A stretch of 64,000 bases of DNA from Deltaproteobacteria bacterium (GCA_005879795.1 VBKJ01000134.1:2515-66514); one strand, 5' to 3'; counted from the first letter of the stretch, positions 35,309-44,496 are shown. Made by a program: numbers and translations. The notes: a model not told the origin generated them from the sequence alone.

Positions 35309-36700
35309 ATGAGCCACTCCCAAGCCATCGCCGCCGTCGGCCCGGTGGAGCAAGCCAAGATCCTGGTGGTCGAGGACGATCCGGACATCCGGAAGATCCT
35401 CGAGCTCTTCCTCGGCGAGAAGGGCTTCCGCGTGAAGATCGCCGACGGCGCGCCGCGTGCCCTCGAGCTGCTCGGCGAGGAGCCGATCGACGTGATCCTC
35501 TCCGACGTGCGCATGCCCGGCATGAGCGGGCTCGATCTGCTGCGGCACGTGAAGGAGCAGGATCCGGACATCCAGCTCGTCCTCATGAGCGCCTACTCGT
35601 CGGTCAAGGACGCGGTCGAGGCGATCCAGCTCGGCGCCGCCGACTACGTCGAGAAGCCGATCGACTTCCGCCGTCTCGAGCGCGTGCTGCAGACGGTGCT
35701 CGAGAAGCACCAGCTCCAGCACCGCACGCGCATCCTCGAGCAGCGCCTGCAGGGCTGCGTCACCTTCGAGGGCATGGTCGCGCGCTCGGCGCAGATGCTG
35801 TCGGTGTTCGCCTTCATCGAGCGCCTGGCGCGCTATCCCACCACCGCGCTCGTGATGGGCGAGAGCGGGACCGGCAAGGAGCTCGTCGCAGGCGCGCTCC
35901 ACAGCCTCTCGCCGCTCCGCGACCGCCCCTTCGTGGTCTGCAACTGCACGACCCTCGCGCCCACGCTGCTCGAGAGCGAGCTCTTCGGGCACGTGCGCGG
36001 CGCGTTCACGGGCGCGGACCGGGACCGCAAGGGCCTCTTCGAGGCGGCCCACGGCGGCACCATTTTCCTCGACGAGATCGGCGAGCTGCCGGTCGCCGTG
36101 CAGGTGAAGCTGCTGCGCGTCCTCGAGAACCGGGAGATCAAGCGCATCGGCTCGCCCGACCCCGTGCACATCGACATCCGGGTGATCGCCGCCACCAACC
36201 GCGACCTCGCCGACATGGTGCGCGAGGCGACCTTCCGCGACGACCTCTTCTACCGCCTGAACGTGGGCGCCATCCACCTCCCGCCGCTGCGCAGCCGCAC
36301 CGACGACATCGAGCCGCTCGTCCACCACTTCGTCGGCATCTTCAACCAGCGGCTGGGCCGCACCATGAGCGGCGCCGCCCCCGAGGTGTTCGACATCCTC
36401 GCCCGCTATTCCTGGCCCGGCAACGTGCGCGAGCTCGCCAACGTGATCGAACGCGCGATGGTGGTCTGCAAATCGAGCGTGATCGTGCCCGAGAGCCTGC
36501 CGCCGCACCTCTTCGAGGTCCGTCCGCTGCTCCTCGACGACGGGCCCGAGATGCCCGACCTGAGCCTGCGCGCAGCGGAGCGGGAGCAGATCGTACGTGC
36601 GCTGCAGGCCTCGGGGGGCAAGCGCGTGGAGGCGGCGCGCCGGCTCGGCCTCTCGCGGCGTACGCTGTACCGCAAGCTGTCGCGCTACGGCATCTCGTGA
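35309..36700 (+). CDS. σ54-dependent Fis-family response regulator (NtrC family)
   Basis: 463 aa with a receiver domain (ILVVEDDPDIR ... ILSDVRMPGMSG), a σ54-interaction AAA+ domain (GESGTGKELVAGALH, the GAFTGA loop, ESELFGH) and a C-terminal Fis-type HTH. Confidence 0.85.
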   Translation: MSHSQAIAAVGPVEQAKILVVEDDPDIRKILELFLGEKGFRVKIADGAPRALELLGEEPIDVILSDVRMPGMSGLDLLRHVKEQDPDIQLVLMSAYSSVKDAVEAIQLGAADYVEKPIDFRRLERVLQTVLEKHQLQHRTRILEQRLQGCVTFEGMVARSAQMLSVFAFIERLARYPTTALVMGESGTGKELVAGALHSLSPLRDRPFVVCNCTTLAPTLLESELFGHVRGAFTGADRDRKGLFEAAHGGTIFLDEIGELPVAVQVKLLRVLENREIKRIGSPDPVHIDIRVIAATNRDLADMVREATFRDDLFYRLNVGAIHLPPLRSRTDDIEPLVHHFVGIFNQRLGRTMSGAAPEVFDILARYSWPGNVRELANVIERAMVVCKSSVIVPESLPPHLFEVRPLLLDDGPEMPDLSLRAAEREQIVRALQASGGKRVEAARRLGLSRRTLYRKLSRYGIS

Positions 36701-36711
36701 ACGGGAGAGTG

Positions 36712-37914
36712 ATGGACGAACCCCTGCACGCCCTCTGCCTCAGCACCGATCCGGCCGTCTCCAGCGCGGTGGTGGCGCTGCTCGCGCGCATCCCCGGCTT
36801 CGCGGTGACGGCACGCGAGCTCGATTACCAGCTCGGCTCGCTCGAGCTGAACGACATCCGCGAGCCGCACCTCGCCATCGTGCTCCTGGGCGAGGACCCG
36901 TCGCCCGGCCTGGCGGTGATCGAGGAGGTGCACAAGAGCGCCCCGGCGACCCAGGTCCTGGCGGTGTCGACGGACGAGCGGTCCGAGACGATCGTCAGGG
37001 CGCTGCGTGCGGGCGCGGACGAGTTTCTCCCTCTGCCGCTCGACGCCAATGCGCTGATGAAAGTCTGCATCAAGGTCTCTGCGCTCCGCCGCGTGTCGAA
37101 GGCGAACGGCGGCGCGCAGCACGCCCAGTTCTGGGTGGCATACGGCGCCAGGGGCGGCGTCGGCGTGACCACCCTGGTCGCCAACCTGGGGATCGCGCTG
37201 CAGGCGGCGGGGCGCCAGACGGTGCTCCTGGACCTCGACCTCCTCTCCGGCGACCTGGCGCTCTTCTTGAACCTGAACCCGAGCTACACGCTGCGCGACA
37301 TCGCCGCCGCCAAGCGGCTCGACCCCGTCTTTCTGCAGGCGACGATGATCCGCCACCGCTCGGGCCTGGAGCTGATCGCCGCCCCCGTGCCGCTGCCGGG
37401 CGAGGCGCCGCTCCCGCTCACCAGCGAGCAGACGCTCGCCATCCTGAAGCTCCTCGACGCCACCCACCAGGTGGTGCTCCTCGACACGACCCCGGCCCCG
37501 CTCGACGCGACGCGCGCGGCGCTCACCAACGCCGATCGCATCTTCCTTGTGACCGAGCTCACCCTGCCGGCGCTGCGCGCCACGATGCGCGCGCTCGCCT
37601 GGCTGCGGGAGGAGGGCGTCGAGCTCGAGAGCACGGTCGAGATCGTGGTCAACAAGCACGCCAACCGCTCGTGGGAGGTCGCCCCCGCGGAGGCGGCAAA
37701 GACCCTCGGGCTCCCCATCCGGACCCTCCTCCCCCGCGACGACGCGGCCGTGTACACGGCCGTCAACGGCGGGCTCCCGCTCGACGAGGTGAAGGGTGGC
37801 GCCGCGCTGCAGCGCGCGATCGCCGCGCTGGTCGGGGGTGCAGCGCCCCCGCCGGAGAGCCCCGTGCTGAAGGGCTTCCGCCGCTTGTTCGCGGCCGCGG
37901 AACGGAGGGCCTGA
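36712..37914 (+). CDS. CpaE/TadZ-like pilus-assembly ATPase (receiver-like N-domain plus MinD/ParA-type ATPase)
   Basis: 400 aa starting MDEPLHALCL (ATG 36712 verified). It has a deviant Walker A (WVAYGARGGVGVTTLVANLG). Confidence 0.6.
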   Translation: MDEPLHALCLSTDPAVSSAVVALLARIPGFAVTARELDYQLGSLELNDIREPHLAIVLLGEDPSPGLAVIEEVHKSAPATQVLAVSTDERSETIVRALRAGADEFLPLPLDANALMKVCIKVSALRRVSKANGGAQHAQFWVAYGARGGVGVTTLVANLGIALQAAGRQTVLLDLDLLSGDLALFLNLNPSYTLRDIAAAKRLDPVFLQATMIRHRSGLELIAAPVPLPGEAPLPLTSEQTLAILKLLDATHQVVLLDTTPAPLDATRAALTNADRIFLVTELTLPALRATMRALAWLREEGVELESTVEIVVNKHANRSWEVAPAEAAKTLGLPIRTLLPRDDAAVYTAVNGGLPLDEVKGGAALQRAIAALVGGAAPPPESPVLKGFRRLFAAAERRA

Positions 37915-37917
37915 GCG

Positions 37918-39243
37918 ATGAGCATGCCGACCGGGACCATCCCCGCGCCGCGCAGGAGCGCGCCCGCCTCTCCGAGCCAGCAGATGAAGGACCTCAAGCT
38001 GCGCGTGCACCGCCAGCTCCTCGAGCGCCTCGACCTGGTGGCGCTCGCCTCGCTCGACAGCGCACAGGCCGAGGAGCACATTCGCGCCACGCTCGAGCGT
38101 GTCCTGCAGGCCGATTCGCCCGAGCTCTCGGGGCTCGAGCGCGAGCGGCTGATCGAGGAGGTCGGTTACGAGGTCTTCGGGCTCGGCCCGCTGGATTCGT
38201 TCCTCAAGGATGCCGACGTCTCCGACATCCTGGTGAACGGTCCGGACGCCGTCTATATCGAGAAGCAGGGGCGGCTCGCGCTCACCGACGTCAAGTTCCG
38301 CGACGAGGCGCACCTGATGCAGGTGATCGACCGCATCGTGTCGGCGGTCGGCCGGCGCGTCGATCGCGAGTCGCCGATGGTGGACGCGCGGCTGCCCGAC
38401 GGCTCGCGCGTGAACGCCATCGTCGCGCCGCTCGCGGTGCGCGGACCCTGCCTCTCGATCCGTCGCTTCGGGCGGGAGCCCTACCGCATCGACAACCTGC
38501 TCGCCTTCGGCGCCCTCACGCCAGAGATGGTGCGCTACCTGGCGGCCGTCATCCAGGGGCGCCTCAACGTCATCATCTCGGGCGGCACGGGTGCCGGGAA
38601 GACTACCCTCCTCAACTGCCTGACCAGCTTCATCCCGCACCACGAGCGCGTGGTGACGGTCGAGGACTCGGCCGAGCTCCAGCTCCAGCAGCCGCACGTG
38701 GTGCCGCTCGAGAGCCGTCCTCCCGACCTGGACGGCAAGGGCGAGATCACGCAGCGCGACCTGGTGCGCAACGCGCTCCGCATGCGGCCCGACCGCATCA
38801 TCGTCGGCGAGGCACGCGGTGCCGAGGCGCTCGACATGCTGCAGGCGATGAACACCGGCCACGACGGCTCGCTCACCACCATCCATGCCAACTCGCCGCG
38901 CGAGTGCCTGCAGCGCCTGGAGGTGATGGTGCTGATGGCCGGCTACGATCTCCCCGTGAAGGCGATCCGGCAGCAGGTCGGCTGCGCCGTCAACGTGTTC
39001 GTCCAGGCCGCGCGGCTGACCGACGGCTCGCGCAAGGTCGTGCGGGTGAGCGAGATCGTCGGCTTGGAGGGCGACCAGATCCAGCTGCAGGACCTCTTCG
39101 AGTTCACGCAGACGGGGATCACCCCCGAGGGCCGCGTCCACGGCCAGTTCCGCTCGAGCGGGCTGCGCAGCCGGTACTTCGACCGCATGGTGGCGGCGGG
39201 CGTCAAGCCCCAGGACATCCTCCCCAGAACGAGCGAGCGATGA
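37918..39243 (+). CDS. cpaF: CpaF/TadA-type type II/IV secretion system ATPase
   Basis: 441 aa with a Walker A ([14 protein letters not shown]), a Walker B (IIVGEARG) and a His box (TIHANS). Confidence 0.8.
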   Translation: MSMPTGTIPAPRRSAPASPSQQMKDLKLRVHRQLLERLDLVALASLDSAQAEEHIRATLERVLQADSPELSGLERERLIEEVGYEVFGLGPLDSFLKDADVSDILVNGPDAVYIEKQGRLALTDVKFRDEAHLMQVIDRIVSAVGRRVDRESPMVDARLPDGSRVNAIVAPLAVRGPCLSIRRFGREPYRIDNLLAFGALTPEMVRYLAAVIQGRLNVIISGGTGAGKTTLLNCLTSFIPHHERVVTVEDSAELQLQQPHVVPLESRPPDLDGKGEITQRDLVRNALRMRPDRIIVGEARGAEALDMLQAMNTGHDGSLTTIHANSPRECLQRLEVMVLMAGYDLPVKAIRQQVGCAVNVFVQAARLTDGSRKVVRVSEIVGLEGDQIQLQDLFEFTQTGITPEGRVHGQFRSSGLRSRYFDRMVAAGVKPQDILPRTSER

Positions 39244-39297
39244 GCAGGCTCGTCATGATTGCCGCGCGGACGGCGCCGGCGTGAGGACGAGGAGGCG

Positions 39298-39720
39298 ATG
39301 ACCATGTCGGAGTCGGAACGGAAGCCGTGCATCCTGATCGTGGAGGACCACCCCATCATCGCCGAGCTGGTGGAGACGCGGCTGCGCATCGAGGGAATGG
39401 AGCCGATCAAGTGCCCGGGCGGGCAGGAGGCGCTCGGCATCATCGGGACACAGCCGCTCGATGCGGTCATCCTCGACATCATGATGCCAGATGTCGACGG
39501 CTACGAGGTCTTGCGCTATATCCGCGCCCAGCCCGCGACGCGCCACCTGCCGGTCATCTTTCTGACCGCCCGGTCCACGCCCGCGGACATCGAGAAGGGC
39601 CTCGCGATGGGCGCGAACTACTACATCACCAAGCCGTTCAGCGGCCTCGACCTGGTGCGCAAGGTGCGCATCTGTCTCGAGGAGCATCGCGCCGCCCCCG
39701 AGCCGCGCGCCATGCGATGA
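39298..39720 (+). CDS. Stand-alone CheY-like receiver-domain response regulator
   Basis: ILIVEDHPIIAEL, D(AVILD)IMMPDVDG, and the conserved K in YYITKPF. Confidence 0.7.
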   Translation: MTMSESERKPCILIVEDHPIIAELVETRLRIEGMEPIKCPGGQEALGIIGTQPLDAVILDIMMPDVDGYEVLRYIRAQPATRHLPVIFLTARSTPADIEKGLAMGANYYITKPFSGLDLVRKVRICLEEHRAAPEPRAMR

Positions 39721-40160
39721 GGCGCCCCCTGGCGCTGCTTGGGCTCGCCGCCGTGCTCGTCGCGGCTCCCGCCCGCGCCGACGGGCGCGAGGTCCCGCTC
39801 CAGGGCGACGGCAGGGGCTGGCTCGTCCGCGCCACGCTCAATGGCAGCGTGAACGGCCTCTTCCTCCTCGACACCGGCGCCAGCTACTGCGTGATCAACC
39901 AGAGCGTCGCGCGCCGGCTGGGGCTCAAGACAGGCGCGGAGCAGACGACGCTCGCCACCGCGAACGGCCTGGTGCGTGCGCCGATGGTCACCATCCGCTA
40001 CTTCGATCTGGGCAGCAACCGCGTCCGCGACGTGAAGGCGGTGGTCCACGACTCGGTGATGCCACCGCTCGACGGCATCGTCGGCTTGAGCTACCTGAAC
40101 AACTTCAGCTACGTGATCGACGCCAAGCAGCGCTTGCTGCGGCTGCGTCCCGGCGGTTGA
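39717..40160 (+). CDS. Retropepsin-like (clan AA) aspartic protease, secreted
   Basis: Signal peptide MRRPLALLGLAAVLVAAPARA and an active-site motif LLDTGAS. Its ATG overlaps the receiver gene's stop (ATGA). Confidence 0.55.
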   Translation: MRRPLALLGLAAVLVAAPARADGREVPLQGDGRGWLVRATLNGSVNGLFLLDTGASYCVINQSVARRLGLKTGAEQTTLATANGLVRAPMVTIRYFDLGSNRVRDVKAVVHDSVMPPLDGIVGLSYLNNFSYVIDAKQRLLRLRPGG

Positions 40161-40518
40161 TTCGCTCGTCCGTGCGCGCGAGCGCGGGGGCGCCGTCTCC
40201 GCTTCGCTGCGCCGGCCGCACAGGCCGCCCCGGTCGCGCGCTCCGCGCCGGCCGCAGAGGCGCTGCGACGGCGCCCCCGCGCTCGCGCTCGCTGCCTCGC
40301 CTCCTAGAGAAGCAGCGCCACTTCCCCGGCGACGACTGGTAGCGTTGGACGAGGTCCGTGCCTCGGACGAGCCGGAACGCGCGACGCTCGACGGACGCGT
40401 TCGTCGCGAACGCCGTCCCGCTCTGCTTGCGGCACATGCCGCAGTGGCAGAGGGCGATGGGGCCGAGCTCGCCCTTCACCTCGTACGCGACACCTCCGCA
40501 GAGACAGGTGCCGGTCAT
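40105..40518 (-). CDS. GFA-family (CENP-V/glutathione-dependent formaldehyde-activating-like) protein, possibly degenerate at the C-terminus
   Basis: The N-terminus (MTGTCLCGGVAYEV ... CHCGMCRKQSG) has the Cys-rich GFA motifs. After GKWRCF the expected C-x-x-C-G-S motif is absent. The remaining roughly 55 codons read straight through the palindromic element and overlap the protease gene. Confidence 0.4.
   Translation of the reverse strand: MTGTCLCGGVAYEVKGELGPIALCHCGMCRKQSGTAFATNASVERRAFRLVRGTDLVQRYQSSPGKWRCFSRRRGSERERGGAVAAPLRPARSARPGRPVRPAQRSGDGAPALARTDERINRRDAAAASAAWRRSRS
40174..40288. repeat. GC-rich palindromic element of about 115 bp
   Basis: The arms are perfect 22-nt reverse complements: GCGCGCGAGCGCGGGGGCGCCGTC at 40174-40197 and GACGGCGCCCCCGCGCTCGCGC at 40267-40288. 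The spacer contains direct repeats of GCGCCGGCCGCA. It lies at the convergent junction of the protease and GFA genes. Confidence 0.7.
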
Positions 40519-40531
40519 GTCCGCCCTCCTC

Positions 40532-41659
40532 CTAGACGCCGAGGACGTTGATGGTGCAGGCGGAGCCGAGGCCGATCACGTGCGAGAGGCCGACCTTGGC
40601 GCCCGAGACCTGTCGGGCGCCGGCGGAGCCGCGGAGGTGGGACGTCACCTCGAAGATGCCGGCCACGCCCGTGGCGCCGAGGGGGTGCCCCTTGGAGAGG
40701 AGGCCGCCCGAGACGTTCACCGGGATGCGGCCGCCGTGCGCCGTCTCGCCCTCGTCGATCATCCGCCCCGCCTCGCCGTCCCTGCACAGGCCGAGGTTCT
40801 CGTAGTGGAGGAGCTCGGCGGTCGCGAAGCAGTCGTGCAGCTCGACCAGGTCGAGGTCCTCGGGCCCGATGCCGGCCACCTCGTAGGCCTTGCGGGCCGC
40901 GTTGCGGGTGAGCGTGCTCACATCGGGCAGCGTCAGGTCCCGCTCCGTCCATGGATCGGAGGTGAGGACCGAGGCCAGCACCCTCACCCTGGCGCCGAGC
41001 TGACGCGCCTTCTCGGGTGAGACGACGACCGCGGCCGCGGCCCCGTCGCCGGTCGGGCAGCACATGTAGAGCGTGTTCGGGTAGGCGACCATGCGCGCCT
41101 TGAGCACGTCCTCGAGGCTCACCTCGTTCTGGTACTGCGAGAGCGGGTTCCTGGTGGAGTGCCTGTGGTTCTTGACCGCGACCTTCGCGAATTGCTCCGG
41201 CGTCGTCCCGTATTTCCGCATGTGCTCCATCCCGGCCTGACCGAACACGGCCGGCATGAGGCCGCTGCCGATCACGCCCTCGGTGCGGATGCCCGGGCCG
41301 CCGCCCCCGAGGAGCCCCATCTTCCCCATCTGCTCGACGCCGACGGCGAGCGCCACCTCGTGCACGCCGGAGGCGACGGCCATCCACGCCTCGCGGAACG
41401 CGGTCGACCCCGTGGCGCAGGCGTTGGCGACGTTCACGACCGGGATGCCCGTCTGCCCCACCTCCTGGAGGACGCGCTGGCCGACCATGGCGTTCGCCTG
41501 GAAGAGGCAGCCCGCGGCCAGCAGCTCCACGTCCCTGATGGAGAGGCCGGCGTCCTTGAGCGCGAGCAGGACGGCCTCGGCCCCCAGGTCGGGGACATCC
41601 CGCTCGGGGTAGCGACCGAAGCGGATCATGCCGACCCCGGCGACGTAGGCGTCTCGCAT
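40532..41659 (-). CDS. SCP-x/Ltp-type thiolase (BbsB-like)
   Basis: 375 aa with NACATGSTAF around the active-site Cys and a C-terminal GHPLGATG motif. Confidence 0.8.
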   Translation of the reverse strand: MRDAYVAGVGMIRFGRYPERDVPDLGAEAVLLALKDAGLSIRDVELLAAGCLFQANAMVGQRVLQEVGQTGIPVVNVANACATGSTAFREAWMAVASGVHEVALAVGVEQMGKMGLLGGGGPGIRTEGVIGSGLMPAVFGQAGMEHMRKYGTTPEQFAKVAVKNHRHSTRNPLSQYQNEVSLEDVLKARMVAYPNTLYMCCPTGDGAAAAVVVSPEKARQLGARVRVLASVLTSDPWTERDLTLPDVSTLTRNAARKAYEVAGIGPEDLDLVELHDCFATAELLHYENLGLCRDGEAGRMIDEGETAHGGRIPVNVSGGLLSKGHPLGATGVAGIFEVTSHLRGSAGARQVSGAKVGLSHVIGLGSACTINVLGV

Positions 41660-41680
41660 GGTGATGCTCCTCTCGCCGAC

Positions 41681-42115
41681 TCAGCCCCGGGCGGGGCGGA
41701 AGTAGAACGCGATCACGTCGTTGCCCTCCCGGTCCTGCTGCGAGACGCCGGTCGTCATCTCGACCGGCATGCCGAAGCGGAGTCTGGCGGGATCGGGCTC
41801 GACGTCGATCAGGTTGCAGCGCACCGACACGCCCTCGGGCAGGTCGACGACGCCGACCACGTACGGCACCGGGACTCCGGGCATCGACTGGTGCACGATC
41901 GACCATACCCAGAGCGTCCCCGTGCGTGACAGCGGAATCTCCTCGAACGGCCCCTCGGCGGTGCATCGCGAGCAGGCGCGCCGCCCGCCCAGATAGACGG
42001 CGCCGCACGGCTTGCAGCGCTGGCCGACCAGGTAGGGCTCTCCCGCATCGGGCAGACGGAGGAAGGGAACGATCGGACGCCGGCCGCGCGGCGCCGTGGT
42101 CGCGGAGGCGCTCAC
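41681..42115 (-). CDS. DUF35 (Zn-ribbon + OB-fold) protein, thiolase partner (BbsA-like)
   Basis: 144 aa with QRCKPCGAVYLGGRRACSRCTAEG. Confidence 0.7.
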   Translation of the reverse strand: MSASATTAPRGRRPIVPFLRLPDAGEPYLVGQRCKPCGAVYLGGRRACSRCTAEGPFEEIPLSRTGTLWVWSIVHQSMPGVPVPYVVGVVDLPEGVSVRCNLIDVEPDPARLRFGMPVEMTTGVSQQDREGNDVIAFYFRPARG

Positions 42116-42240
42116 GTGGCCCGCGTAGCATCGCCCGGCGCCCCCTGTCCAGCGCCAGTGTGCTGTCCGCTGGATGGCTCTACTACGAGCGCCGACAGCA
42201 AGCTGGTCACCGGGTGCGGCGCGGAGTATGCGTGGCGGCC

Positions 42241-43053
42241 ATGGACGACTTCCAGGGACGGGTGGCCGTCATCACCGGCGGCGGAGGCGGGATCGGCGCC
42301 GCCATGGCGCGTGCCTTCGCCGCGCGCGGCGCGCGCATCGTCCTCGCCGACCTCGATCGGGCGGCGATGGAGGGGGTGGCGGCCGAGCTCGGCGGCCGCG
42401 GCGCCGAGGTGCTCGCGGTACCGACCGACGTGACCGCGCTCGAGAGCGTGCGCGCACTCGCCGACGCAGCCGAGCGACGCTTCGGCGCCGTGCAGATCGT
42501 GTGCAACAACGCCGGCGTCGCCACCCTGGGCGAGACCGCCGCTTCGACACACGCCGACTGGCAGTACACCATGAACGTCAACTTCTGGGGCGTCGTGCAC
42601 GGCGTCGAGACCTTCGTGCCTCGCCTCCTCGCGCGCGGCGCGGGCGGGCACGTCGTCAACACCGCCTCGATGGCGGGGCTGGTCGGGATGCGCTGGCTCG
42701 GCGTCTACTGCGCCTCCAAGTTCGCGGTGGTCGGGCTCACCGAGGCCCTGCATCGCGAGCTCGTCGAGCACGGCATCGGGGTGAGCGTTCTCTGCCCGAT
42801 GGTCGTCGAGACCAACATCAACGAGAACTCGATCCGCAACCGGCCCGCGCCGTTGCGTAACCCGGGCGACCCCGCCGTCCCCGCCGGCGCCGTCATGGCG
42901 GGCAGCGTCATCGGCCCCGACGAGGTCGCCCGCCGCGTCGTGCGCGGCATCGAGCGCAAGGACCTCTATATCTTCACTCACCCCGAGCAGCGCGCCATCC
43001 TCCAGCGCCGCGCCGCGCGGCAGGACCGGATGTTCGAGCCCGATCGCTGGTAG
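42241..43053 (+). CDS. SDR-family oxidoreductase
   Basis: 270 aa starting MDDFQGRVAVITGGGGGIGAAMARAF, with NNAG and the catalytic motif YCASKFAVVGLTEAL. Confidence 0.8.
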   Translation: MDDFQGRVAVITGGGGGIGAAMARAFAARGARIVLADLDRAAMEGVAAELGGRGAEVLAVPTDVTALESVRALADAAERRFGAVQIVCNNAGVATLGETAASTHADWQYTMNVNFWGVVHGVETFVPRLLARGAGGHVVNTASMAGLVGMRWLGVYCASKFAVVGLTEALHRELVEHGIGVSVLCPMVVETNINENSIRNRPAPLRNPGDPAVPAGAVMAGSVIGPDEVARRVVRGIERKDLYIFTHPEQRAILQRRAARQDRMFEPDRW

Positions 43054-43082
43054 CGCGCCCCGGAGCGCGCTAAAGGGAGCGC

Positions 43083-43724
43083 GTGGTCGCCGCCGGCGCG
43101 CTGATCTCCGGGACGGGCACCAACCTGCAGGCGATCGTCGACCGCATCGCGGCCGGCCGGCTCGACTGCGCGCTCCGCCTGGTCGTCTCGAACCGCGCCG
43201 GCGCCGAGGGCCTCGGGCGCGCCGAGGCGGCCGGCATCCCGACCCGCGTCATCGACCACAAGGGTTTCGCGTGCCGCGAGGACTTCGACCGCGCCGTAGT
43301 CGCTGCGCTCCGCGAGGCGGGCGTCGAGCTGGTGCTGCTGGCCGGCTTCGACCGCCTCGTCACCCCCGTCTTCCTCGCCGCCTTCCCGCTCCGCATCATG
43401 AACATCCACCCGGCGCTGCTGCCCGCGTTCAAGGGGCTCGATGCCCAGCGCCAAGCCCTCGCGTACGGGGTCAGGATCGCCGGCGCCACGGTCCACTTCG
43501 TGGACGAGCACACCGACCACGGCCCGATCATCGTGCAGGGCGCGGTCGCGATCAGCCCCGAGGACAGCGAGGACGAGGTCCGCCGCCGCATCCTCGCCGT
43601 GGAGCATGACATCTATCCCCTCGCGATCCAGCTCTTCGCCGAGGGGCGCCTCACGGTCGAAGGGCGGCGGGTGATCGTGCGCGGCCCCCGTCCACGGCTC
43701 CCCCCGCCCCTCGTCCACTGGTAA
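43083..43724 (+). CDS. purN: Phosphoribosylglycinamide formyltransferase
   Basis: 213 aa starting at a GTG. It has ISGTGTNLQAI and the formyltransferase signature (NIHPALLPAFKG ... HFVDEHTDHGPII). Confidence 0.85.
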   Translation: MVAAGALISGTGTNLQAIVDRIAAGRLDCALRLVVSNRAGAEGLGRAEAAGIPTRVIDHKGFACREDFDRAVVAALREAGVELVLLAGFDRLVTPVFLAAFPLRIMNIHPALLPAFKGLDAQRQALAYGVRIAGATVHFVDEHTDHGPIIVQGAVAISPEDSEDEVRRRILAVEHDIYPLAIQLFAEGRLTVEGRRVIVRGPRPRLPPPLVHW

Positions 43725-43744
43725 CCCCCTGCGCGGGGAGGCGA

Positions 43745-43767
43745 CCCCCGCGAGGGGGCTTTCGATT
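43745..43767 (+). terminator. Rho-independent terminator downstream of purN (CCCCC-GCGA-GGGGG stem with a GNRA loop, followed by CTTTCGATT)
   Basis: A perfect 5-bp G/C stem with a GCGA tetraloop and a 3' U-rich tract, about 20 bp after the purN stop. It is preceded by a second weaker hairpin, CCCCCTGCGCGGGG. Confidence 0.55.
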
Positions 43768-43911
43768 GAGTTCTAATGAGTTTCTGTTACACGGCAGCAG
43801 GAAGCAGCGGATGGGGCAAGCTGGCGGAGGGAGGGACGGACGGAGAGCCAGACACCTGCTGGCACCATCGGGACCGATGAGTCCGGCAAGGGCGACTACT
43901 TCGGCCCCCTC

Positions 43912-44496
43912 GTGGTAGCGGGCGTGTGCGTTCCCGCCGGCGGCCGGGAGGTTCTCGCGGGGCTCGGCGTGCGGGACAGCAAGACGCTGTCCGACGCGCA
44001 GGCCGAGCGCCTGGCCCGTGCCGTCCGGGAAGCTTACCCCACCGCCGTGGTGGCGATCGGGCCCGAGCGCTACAACGCGCTCTACGCGAAGATGGGCAAT
44101 CTGAACCGGCTGCTCGCGTGGGCGCACGCGCGCGTCATCGAGAACCTGCTCGAGCAGACCCCGGGGTGCCAGGAGGCGGTCTCCGACCAGTTCGGGGACG
44201 CGCGCCTCCTCGAGCGCGCGCTCCTCGAGCGCGGCCGCCGCATCAGCCTGACCCAGCGCCCCCGCGCCGAGTCGGATCCGGTCGTGGCCGCCGCCTCGAT
44301 CGTGGCGCGCGCCGAGTTCCTGCGCCGGCTCGCCGCGCTCGCCCGGCGCTTCGCCACCCCGCTCCCGAAGGGCGCCGGACCGCCCGTACTCGCCGCCGGC
44401 CGGGCCTTCGTCGCCCGCCACGGCGCCCGGGCGCTCGCCCAGGTAGCGAAGCTCCACTTCCGCACCACCCAGCAGGTGACGGGGGCGGGGGCCTGA
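43912..44496 (+). CDS. RNase HIII-like (rnhC-family RNase H fold) protein; the annotated start is doubtful because the catalytic DESGKGD motif is encoded upstream of the first canonical start
   Basis: The frame is open from 43779 and encodes GTDESGKGDYFGPLVVAGV at 43871-43927, then the DSK motif and the C-terminal VVAAASIVARAEFL. There is no ATG/GTG/TTG in that frame between the TGA at 43776 and 43912. An ATG at 43811 lies in the +1 frame. Confidence 0.45.
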   Translation: MVAGVCVPAGGREVLAGLGVRDSKTLSDAQAERLARAVREAYPTAVVAIGPERYNALYAKMGNLNRLLAWAHARVIENLLEQTPGCQEAVSDQFGDARLLERALLERGRRISLTQRPRAESDPVVAAASIVARAEFLRRLAALARRFATPLPKGAGPPVLAAGRAFVARHGARALAQVAKLHFRTTQQVTGAGA

